Source: Eubacteriales bacterium | GTDB taxonomy: Bacteria; Bacillota; Clostridia; Oscillospirales; CAG-272 | DNA length: 40,727 nt | Assembly (NCBI GenBank): GCA_045534835.1 | Contig: JAZSKM010000057.1 | Span: 1 to 40,727, forward strand | Direction of reading: 5' to 3' | In this document: one piece after another, positions 19,970 to 26,404 of the stretch | Position numbering within the stretch: the stretch's first letter is position 1 | Layout of the letters: the number at the start of each line of letters is the position of its first letter | The notes under the pieces: generated by a model | What the model was told of the DNA's origin: nothing | Seen by the model: only the letters and a program-made list of their open reading frames with translations | Databases searched by the model: none | Translations under genes and position numbers: made by a program

Positions 19970-20176
19970 TCAGTCGTTTATATATTCAAGAATGTCGCCC
20001 GGCTGGCAATTTAGCACCTCGCATATTGCTTCAAGGGTGGAAAAGCGTATAGCCTTAGCCTTGCCGGTTTTCAGAATAGAAAGATTTGCCTGCGTGATGC
20101 CGATTTTTTCGGCGAGGGCGCCTGAGGAAATCTTGTTTTTTGCCATTTCTACATCAAGGTTTATCCGTATTGACAT
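19970..20176 (-). CDS. small XRE-family helix-turn-helix transcriptional regulator (YozG-like)
   Basis: 68 aa with the HTH_26-type pattern ISSGALAEKIGITQANLSILKTGKAKAIRFSTLEAICEVLNCQPGDILEY. Confidence 0.85.
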   Translation of the reverse strand: MSIRINLDVEMAKNKISSGALAEKIGITQANLSILKTGKAKAIRFSTLEAICEVLNCQPGDILEYIND

Positions 20177-20186
20177 AGCTCCCCTC

Positions 20187-20630
20187 CTATATAGTCATAT
20201 CGTTCTCGTCCTTTATGAGAACGGCTGCGGCAAAGCAGTTTTTGACAACGCGGACTATCATCACTAAAAACGCAGCGCATATCGCAAGTAGGAAAAATGG
20301 CATATAGAAGTAGCCTGCTACAGCGAAAATCAGCGTTGCAAAAAAGAGCAGAACGGATATTGCGCGGAGAAGCTTTACGTTAGCGGTTATAAACACGTTG
20401 CCGCGAAGAATGTTTTTAAGCAGTCCCGAAAGGCAGACTATAACGCCTGCGGCAAAAGGAAAAATGCAGTAAAAGGTCGTAACAATAGGCATATAAATAT
20501 TTTCGGGGCGGTCAAACCTTTCGATAAACGCTTTTGCAAGCAGAGGCGCGGTAAAGGCGAGAGCGATAAGCACTCCCCCAAGCAGCCAGAGGGTAACGAG
20601 CGATACTATAGTGCTTTTGTCGTTTTTCAT
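20187..20630 (-). CDS. DUF2975-like 4-TM membrane protein (YoaS-like), partner of the YozG-like regulator
   Basis: About 147 aa with four hydrophobic helices. It sits immediately upstream of the small HTH gene, an arrangement I recall for DUF2975/YozG pairs in Firmicutes. I chose the start at 20630 (MKNDKST); the track start is 20675. Confidence 0.6.
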   Translation of the reverse strand: MKNDKSTIVSLVTLWLLGGVLIALAFTAPLLAKAFIERFDRPENIYMPIVTTFYCIFPFAAGVIVCLSGLLKNILRGNVFITANVKLLRAISVLLFFATLIFAVAGYFYMPFFLLAICAAFLVMIVRVVKNCFAAAVLIKDENDMTI

Positions 20631-20696
20631 AGCAAAAATATCCTTTCGAGGTGTTTTTCGCCAATAGGATAGCACGCTTTTTATCGTTTGTCAATA

Positions 20697-20751
20697 AAAA
20701 TATTGCGAAAAACAGAAAAATAGTTGCGTATTGCACTAAAATATTGCAAAA
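20697..20751. promoter_or_regulatory. pair of 14-nt direct repeats (AAAATATTGCRAAA) in a divergent promoter region, candidate operator
   Basis: Copies at 20697-20710 and 20738-20751 differ at one position. A third TATTGC core lies at 20729-20734. The repeats sit between the divergently transcribed HTH operon and the tandem membrane-protein genes. Confidence 0.35.
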
Positions 20752-20803
20752 TTACACAGAATATGATATTCTTAATGTAGAGGATCTGTAGGAGGTGTTA
20801 TTT

Positions 20804-21457
20804 ATGGGCTATGAAGCATATCCCGAAACGTACTATGCTACGGCAGGCGAGACCGCAGCCGCAATGATAGTGGGTGTGCTTGTTACACTTATTATAGTTC
20901 TGTATGCTACGGCTCTGGTTTTTGCTGTTGCACAGTATGTAATGAACGCTATCTCTATTATGCGTATGGCTAAAAAACTGAGTATTCCCAACGGCTGGCT
21001 CGGCTTTATTCCGTTTGCTGACGTATATATGCTTGGTAAAATTGCCGACGTGTCTTCGGAGAAAAAGATAAACGCAAAGCGGTTGCTTATAACCGAAATC
21101 GTATATTTTGCAATCTTTATAGTTTATATGGTGCTTGCCTTTGCAATAGGTCTTATCAGTGCGGTGGATGAAAGCGCAGCTGTTGCAACCGTTATAGTAT
21201 TTTTGATGGTTTTGCTTTTGTTCTTGGCATCTACCGTTTGTCTTGCAGTTTTTGAGTATATTGCGTTCTACAGAATAGCACAGAACTTCGGCGGTAAGAA
21301 TGCTACAGGCTACTTTCTCGGAATACTGCTTGGCGGATTATTCGTTTCAACTCTTGTTTCAACGGTGCTTTTGCTTGTCCTTTCGTTTAAGGAGCCTGCA
21401 AAGACTTCAGCTGCGCCTGATGTAATTGAGGCGGCGGCAGCTGACAGCGTATTTTAG
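20804..21457 (+). CDS. polytopic membrane protein, unknown family (paralog A)
   Basis: About 217 aa. ATG 20804 has GGAGG 8 nt upstream. It shares blocks with the next gene: M(R/K)MAKK, GWL.FIP, G.IAD, CLAVFEYIA.Y, NFGG, YF.GILLG, and the C-terminal DSVF. Confidence 0.7.
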   Translation: MGYEAYPETYYATAGETAAAMIVGVLVTLIIVLYATALVFAVAQYVMNAISIMRMAKKLSIPNGWLGFIPFADVYMLGKIADVSSEKKINAKRLLITEIVYFAIFIVYMVLAFAIGLISAVDESAAVATVIVFLMVLLLFLASTVCLAVFEYIAFYRIAQNFGGKNATGYFLGILLGGLFVSTLVSTVLLLVLSFKEPAKTSAAPDVIEAAAADSVF

Positions 21458-21468
21458 GAGGATTTGTT

Positions 21469-22107
21469 ATGGAATATCTTGCATACCCTGATACCGTAGG
21501 CAATGTGTATGGTGTCGGTCTTGGTGCAATGGCGGGAGTTATGACTGTAGTATATGCGGTAATGTTTCTTTTTGGCATTGCTATGTATATAATGCAGGCG
21601 ATTGCTTTTATGAAAATGGCGAAAAAGACCGGAGTACGTCACGGTTGGCTTTCGTTCATTCCTGTTGGCAATATCTACATAATCGGCAGAATTGCCGATG
21701 CAGGCAAGGGAAAGCGTACCAATACGAAAAGGCTGATGGGCTCGTTCATTGCATTTTTGATTATTTATGTACTCTTTATTGTTCTTTTGGTGGCGGCAAT
21801 AATCTCCGCTCCGATGGCAGATACGCTTCCTTCGGCGTTTATTGCACCGATGATTATTATGGTGCTTGCTATTTTTGCTATCGCCATTTGTCTTGCGGTT
21901 TTTGAGTATATTGCATACTACCATATTTCAACTAATTTCGGTGGCGAGGGCGGTGTTGCATACTTCATCGGCATCCTGCTCGGAATGTTCCTTATGCCGA
22001 TAGTTTCTGTTATTCTTTTCCTCATCCTTTCGGGAAAGACTCCTGCGCTCTCGGATGAGCCGCAAATTATCACCGCTACGGCAACCGAAACAGACAGCGT
22101 ATTTTAA
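21469..22107 (+). CDS. polytopic membrane protein, unknown family (paralog B)
   Basis: 212 aa, with GGAGG upstream. It is a clear paralog of the preceding gene, with the same motif blocks and the same DSVF-stop ending. Confidence 0.7.
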   Translation: MEYLAYPDTVGNVYGVGLGAMAGVMTVVYAVMFLFGIAMYIMQAIAFMKMAKKTGVRHGWLSFIPVGNIYIIGRIADAGKGKRTNTKRLMGSFIAFLIIYVLFIVLLVAAIISAPMADTLPSAFIAPMIIMVLAIFAIAICLAVFEYIAYYHISTNFGGEGGVAYFIGILLGMFLMPIVSVILFLILSGKTPALSDEPQIITATATETDSVF

Positions 22108-22109
22108 AA

Positions 22110-22147
22110 TAAAAAAAGCGTTTGGCTTTCGCCAAACGCTTTTTTTA
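22110..22147. terminator. bidirectional rho-independent terminator
   Basis: An A-run, the stem agcgtttggc / gccaaacgct, then a T-run. It lies between convergent genes. Confidence 0.9.
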
Positions 22148-22846
22148 TTCTACATAAAACTCATCCATAGTGTCAAGGCAGAGGCAACCGAGCGGAAGTC
22201 CGTATGCCGCGCCGCAGTCTATTGCGATATGATTGTTCAGCTTGAATATCTTTCCTTTTGAGCCTTTGTTGATTTCCACCGTAGGCTTGTGTCCCGTGAC
22301 AAGAAAGTCTGCACCGCCAAACGGGAGAGAGTAGTCGGGGGACACGGTTATAAAATCATTTGTGTCATACTCGTCAAGCTCTTTTGATGAAGTGTAGTTG
22401 TCAATTCCCGCATGAGCAAGCACAAAGGTTTTTCCCGAAACCTCGATTTCCTCATACGGAACGAACTCCTCAAGGTATTCGATAACCCACTCGCGGTCAT
22501 CCTCACTAAGCTCGCGGAATGCGCGCACGGTTTCCTGACCGCCGTTTTTGCCCCAGTCCATAAAGTCCTGCATCGTTTTTGCATCAAATGCGGCAATAGC
22601 CTTTTCACTGATGTCTCCCGCAAGCTTTTTCAGTAGCGGCAGCGCCATATATTCGTGTTCGCCGAGTAATGGATACACGTTAGGGCGGGAGGACATATCA
22701 AGCAGGATTTTAAAAGAATCCTCACCGTAGTCTATAACATCGCCGAGCACAAAAAGTGTGTCACGGTCCTCGTCAAGATTTATTTTTGCAAGCATTTTTT
22801 CATAGCGGTCAAAATCGCCGTGAATATCTGAAATTACGTATGTCAT
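22145..22846 (-). CDS. calcineurin-like metallophosphoesterase (PPP-type Ser/Thr phosphatase / ApaH-like)
   Basis: Motifs SDIHGD, GDVIDYG, GEHE (a GNHE variant), HAG and GH, in the canonical order. Confidence 0.8.
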   Translation of the reverse strand: MTYVISDIHGDFDRYEKMLAKINLDEDRDTLFVLGDVIDYGEDSFKILLDMSSRPNVYPLLGEHEYMALPLLKKLAGDISEKAIAAFDAKTMQDFMDWGKNGGQETVRAFRELSEDDREWVIEYLEEFVPYEEIEVSGKTFVLAHAGIDNYTSSKELDEYDTNDFITVSPDYSLPFGGADFLVTGHKPTVEINKGSKGKIFKLNNHIAIDCGAAYGLPLGCLCLDTMDEFYVE

Positions 22847-22940
22847 TATCCTACCTCCGACTAATTTTTACACAAAAAGCAACATAAATATATATACCAC
22901 AAATCAGGATAAAAAACAAGTCGAAACAAGGGAAAGAAAC

Positions 22941-23246
22941 TTAAAAATATTTCAGAATTACAAGAATAAGCACCGCCCACACAGCGGCAAAGAGAGCTAT
23001 TTTAAGCAGCAGGAGATTGTGTGACTTCGTCTTGTGGCGAATAAGAAACATTGAAAGAAGAGTGCCGCAACCGCCGCCGAGCGCGGAAAGCATAACAAAG
23101 CTTTTTTCGGGTACGCGGCGTACGCTTCCGCGCGGCTTTTTGCTGAGGTGCTTGTCCACTGCCACTATTATTGCCGCCGCAAGGTTTATAAGCAAAAGCC
23201 AGATACCAAGCATTAAAAACAAAAATGTAAATATAAGTTCGTACAT
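22941..23246 (-). CDS. DUF1294-family small membrane protein
   Basis: 101 aa with the pattern DKHLSKK...RRVPEKSF.MLSALGGGCGTLLSMFLIRHKTKS. It lies 1 nt downstream of tmcAL, so the two are probably co-transcribed. Confidence 0.7.
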   Translation of the reverse strand: MYELIFTFLFLMLGIWLLLINLAAAIIVAVDKHLSKKPRGSVRRVPEKSFVMLSALGGGCGTLLSMFLIRHKTKSHNLLLLKIALFAAVWAVLILVILKYF

Positions 23247-23247
23247 A

Positions 23248-24414
23248 TTACCTCGTGATTATCGGTGTTTGCGTCAAGGCTTCGTAACTGCCGTCAAGGC
23301 AGAGGGCGTATGCGCGCTCTGCTAAGAATGTGCGCTCATATTGCGCTCTTGCATTTTCACTTAGCTTTGATAAATCCGAAGGCTTTGTTAAAATGTCTAT
23401 TCTGATACTGCCCGAAAGTATTTCTCTGCCGCGCTGATTTGAGGCAAGCAGCTTTGTATAGTATACATCTTCGTCAAGGTCGCTGCGGCTCACCGAAAAG
23501 AGAGTGTAAAGCAGTGCGCGGGATATTTCTGCATCTGTATACCGCTTTGTCGCGGAGAGCGACAAAAGCTCGGATATACTTTTTGCCGTTTTCGCGGCGC
23601 TCCTTAGCCTGCCTACGATTCCGCTCGCGGAAAAAGCAATGTCTTCCCTCGGATTGGTATTTGCGAGATTTAACAGTGCCGCGCCCGCGAGCTTTTCTAT
23701 GTCGGGGAAAAGAAGACCGCTTTCTTTCGCGCCAAGGAATACATCAAATGCCTTTTGCGGTATCCCGTGCTTTATTGCGGCTATACCGCCCTCTTTATAA
23801 TCGCGGCGCAGGCTCGAGGCCGAGGGAAACTGTCCTTCTCCGCTTTTGTAATCGCCCTTTCGGAGAATGGCAAACGGCTTGATTTTCGCTCCGAGTTTTT
23901 TTATTGCGCGCATATATTCGAGTGCGAGAATGTCGTTTGGCATATCAAGGCGAGTATCATCGCCGTAAAGCTCCTTGAATATTTCGGTATAAATGCGGGT
24001 TTTTCCTGCGGCATCACTTTCCTTCGCCTTTGTGTCGAGAGCATTTTTAAACTCGTCGCCGTCAAGGCGCGAAAGTACAGTTTGGAGCTTGTCAAGACTT
24101 CCGCATTCACTGCCGAAAGCAATGATGTCAGCACCGATTTTTTCGGCAATCTCGACTCCTGCTCTTGCAAAAATCGAGGCAGGCGCCGCGGAGAAGGGAA
24201 ACGGCATTTCCAAAACAAGATCAGCGCCAAGGAGCAGTGCCGCGTGCGCTCTTGTGTACGGAGGCGCGATATAAGGCTCGCCTCTCTGTGAAAAGATGCC
24301 GCCGAGAATCACGCTGACTTTGCAGTCACCGCCAAAAATACTGCGAAGCTTTTCTATCTGATATGCGTGACCGTTGTGAAAGGGATTGTATTCTGCAATT
24401 ATCGCAATGTGCAT
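23248..24414 (-). CDS. tmcAL: tRNA(Met) cytidine acetate ligase (YlbM/UPF0348 nucleotidyltransferase)
   Basis: The N-terminus MHIAIIAEYNPFHNGHAYQI is an HxGH nucleotidyltransferase motif typical of the TmcAL/YlbM family. ATG 24414 has AAAGGAGG upstream. The track start at 24477 is an unsupported extension. Confidence 0.8.
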   Translation of the reverse strand: MHIAIIAEYNPFHNGHAYQIEKLRSIFGGDCKVSVILGGIFSQRGEPYIAPPYTRAHAALLLGADLVLEMPFPFSAAPASIFARAGVEIAEKIGADIIAFGSECGSLDKLQTVLSRLDGDEFKNALDTKAKESDAAGKTRIYTEIFKELYGDDTRLDMPNDILALEYMRAIKKLGAKIKPFAILRKGDYKSGEGQFPSASSLRRDYKEGGIAAIKHGIPQKAFDVFLGAKESGLLFPDIEKLAGAALLNLANTNPREDIAFSASGIVGRLRSAAKTAKSISELLSLSATKRYTDAEISRALLYTLFSVSRSDLDEDVYYTKLLASNQRGREILSGSIRIDILTKPSDLSKLSENARAQYERTFLAERAYALCLDGSYEALTQTPIITR

Positions 24415-24507
24415 CTGCGGCACCTCCTTTTTTGTTTTATACAATGATATTATAAATGACAGTCGCAATTTTTGCAACCGAGGACGGTAAAAAAATGAAC
24501 TTAGTCC

Positions 24508-24536
24508 TTGAATTTGGCTGTAAATAGTTGTATAAT
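24508..24536 (+). promoter_or_regulatory. candidate sigma-A promoter of ackA
   Basis: TTGAAT, a 17-nt spacer, then TATAAT with a TG extended -10 element. It lies about 45 nt upstream of the ackA start. Confidence 0.65.
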
Positions 24537-24580
24537 AATGTAGTTAAGTAAAAATATTGTAATTTTTGGAGGTTTTTTCC

Positions 24581-25783
24581 GTGAATGTACTTGTTGTAAA
24601 TGCAGGCTCAAGCTCTCTTAAGTATCAGCTTTTTGACACCACTGCAGGTGTTGTAAAGGCAAAGGGACTTTGCGAGAGAATAGGAATTGACGGCAAAATT
24701 AAGCATACCAATCTTGAAAGCGGCGCGGCTTTTGAAAAGGAAATCGAGATGGCTAACCATACCGTCGCTACAAAAATCGTTATCGATGCTCTTATTAGCG
24801 CTGAATATGGCAGTGTTAAGAGTATGGATGAAATCGAGGCAGTAGGTCACAGAGTCGTACACGGCGGTGCTTACTTCTCCGAGAGCGTTCTCGTTACCGA
24901 TGAGGTTATGGCAAAGCTTGAACTCTGCCGCGACCTTGCTCCGCTTCACACTCCTGCTCACATTATGGGTATCGAGGGTTGTACTGCGGCGATGCCCGGC
25001 ACTCCTCAGGTTCTTGTATTTGACACTGCGTTCCATACCGCTACTATGCCCGAGCACGTTTATACATATCCGCTTGAGTATGACTTCTGCCAGAAGTATG
25101 CTGTCCGCCGTTACGGCGCACACGGCACCTCTCACCGCTATGTAGCAGGCGAGTGTGCAAAGCTTCTCGGCGGCGCCAAGGGTACAAAGATTGTTACCTG
25201 CCACCTTGGAAACGGTTCTTCTATTTCGGCAGTTAAGGACGGCAAGGTGCTTGACACCTCGATGGGCTTTACTCCCCTTGCAGGTATCGAGATGGGTACT
25301 CGCTGCGGCGACATTGACCCCGCTATCGTTCCTTTCATTATGAATAAGACCGGAATGACTCCCGATGAGGTTAACGACTATATGAACAAGAAGTGCGGCT
25401 TCCTCGGCGTATCGGGTATCTCCTCTGACTGCCGCGATGTAAGCGAAGCTGCAGAGAAGGGCGACCACCGCGCACAGCTTGCTCTTGATATCGTAGTTTA
25501 CGAGATCCAGAAGTTTATCGGTGCTTATACCGTTGCTATGGGCGGCCTTGATGCAGTAGTATTTACTGCAGGTATCGGCGAAAACCACAGCACAATGCGC
25601 GAGCGCGTTTGCGAGGGACTTGCATTTATGGGCGTTGACTTTGATGCAAAGAAGAATGCGAGCCGTTACAGCGAAGCAACCGAGCTTACCAAGGCAGGCT
25701 CTAAGGTTAAGGTATTTATGATACCCACTAACGAGGAGCTTGTAATAGCAAAAGATACAGAAGCTATTGTCAAGGCACTGTAA
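24581..25783 (+). CDS. ackA: acetate kinase
   Basis: N-terminus NVLVVNAGSSSLKYQLF, plus HRVVHGG, GAHGTSH and the C-terminal IPTNEELVIAKDT. I chose GTG 24581 because GGAGG lies 8 nt upstream. Confidence 0.95.
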   Translation: MNVLVVNAGSSSLKYQLFDTTAGVVKAKGLCERIGIDGKIKHTNLESGAAFEKEIEMANHTVATKIVIDALISAEYGSVKSMDEIEAVGHRVVHGGAYFSESVLVTDEVMAKLELCRDLAPLHTPAHIMGIEGCTAAMPGTPQVLVFDTAFHTATMPEHVYTYPLEYDFCQKYAVRRYGAHGTSHRYVAGECAKLLGGAKGTKIVTCHLGNGSSISAVKDGKVLDTSMGFTPLAGIEMGTRCGDIDPAIVPFIMNKTGMTPDEVNDYMNKKCGFLGVSGISSDCRDVSEAAEKGDHRAQLALDIVVYEIQKFIGAYTVAMGGLDAVVFTAGIGENHSTMRERVCEGLAFMGVDFDAKKNASRYSEATELTKAGSKVKVFMIPTNEELVIAKDTEAIVKAL

Positions 25784-25933
25784 AGATAATTTCCAAAGTT
25801 ATTGACAAGAAAATTTAACCGAAGCTGATGTACTCGTCGTGTTTTATCAAAACTGCGGACTTGCAGTCCGCGAGACGAGAACAAGACGCGTGGGAATCGA
25901 AGTTAACAATAGCAGGCAGTCAGACACGCGTTA

Positions 25934-25963
25934 GATACTGAGGCTATTGTTAAAGCTCTGTAA
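25934..25963 (+). repeat. orphan duplicate of the last nine ackA codons plus stop
   Basis: gatactgaggctattgttaaagctctgtaa matches gatacagaagctattgtcaaggcactgtaa at 25754-25783. It lies exactly 180 bp downstream, with 25/30 nt identical. All five differences are at third codon positions and are synonymous (DTEAIVKAL*). Confidence 0.85.
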
Positions 25964-25974
25964 ATAAAAAGCGA

Positions 25975-26017
25975 AAGCACTAAGCTTGAAAGGCTTGAGT
26001 GCTTTTGTTTTTTTGTG
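25975..26017 (+). terminator. rho-independent terminator directly after the orphan ackA 3' copy
   Basis: A 10-bp stem with one bulge (agcactaagc / gcttgagtgct) is followed by tttgttttttt. Confidence 0.8.
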
Positions 26018-26066
26018 GAGTGTGGTAAATTACAGATTATGGGAGAATCTGTGCCACTTGTATATT

Positions 26067-26130
26067 GTAGGGGCGTGCATTGCACGTCTGAGGCGCGCCT
26101 GACAAACGGACGACCAATGGTCGCCCCTAC
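26067..26130. repeat. GC-rich nested palindromic element (REP/MITE-like)
   Basis: The outer 9-bp arms gtaggggcg / cgcccctac enclose three internal palindromes: cgtgcattgcacg, ggcgcgcc and cgaccaatggtcg. The element is strikingly GC-rich relative to the surrounding AT-rich spacer. Confidence 0.6.
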
Positions 26131-26289
26131 GGATTTGTAAGTTCAACCAACCTGTCATTCTGAGGAGCATAGCGATGAAGAATCTTGATGCAATCTTTAA
26201 TTTGTTCCAACAAAACGAATAAATATTCAAAAATAATGAATAAAGGTGAATATTCTCTATATTCAATCGGGAAAAAATGACAATTTCCC

Positions 26290-26318
26290 TTGACAAAAGT
26301 ATGCACCGGTAATATAAT
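26290..26318 (+). promoter_or_regulatory. consensus sigma-A promoter of the COG2984-type ABC transporter operon
   Basis: A perfect TTGACA, a 17-nt spacer and a perfect TATAAT, about 86 nt upstream of the start codon at 26405. Confidence 0.8.
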
Positions 26319-26404
26319 GAAACACATAGCAATACTATTTGCTCTCACTTCTCGCCGTGTAAGGTTCACAGGCAGAGGGAAATATTCCAAAGAGGTGTAG
26401 TAAA

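Noticed and set aside
19970-20675. The small HTH plus the small adjacent gene as a toxin-antitoxin pair.
   Set aside because: The partner is a 4-TM membrane protein, not a soluble toxin fold. The arrangement matches the widespread YozG/DUF2975 pairing rather than known TA families.
24608-25588. A 326-aa minus-strand ORF antisense to ackA.
   Set aside because: Same reasoning. ackA on the plus strand is unambiguous, and the antisense product is low-complexity with no start context.
25828-25939. A 37-codon ORF inside the 150-nt insert downstream of ackA.
   Set aside because: It has no SD and a composition unlike the local coding sequence. It overlaps the predicted hairpins and reads out of frame into the orphan ackA end.
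26067-26130. Possible tRNA or tRNA-like gene, because of the cloverleaf-like layout (an outer stem plus three inner hairpins).
   Set aside because: It is only 64 nt. The inner palindromes have loops of 0-3 nt. There are no D-loop or T-loop consensus sequences (no GTTCRANYC) and no anticodon loop. The inner and outer pairings are mutually exclusive.
26175-26222. A 15-codon micro-ORF (MKNLDAIFNLFQQNE) with GAGGAG 7 nt upstream.
   Set aside because: The SD and start codon fall inside the gtcattctgaggag...gaagaatc string, which I suspect is part of a dispersed repeat. No conservation evidence is available, and chance occurrence is likely.
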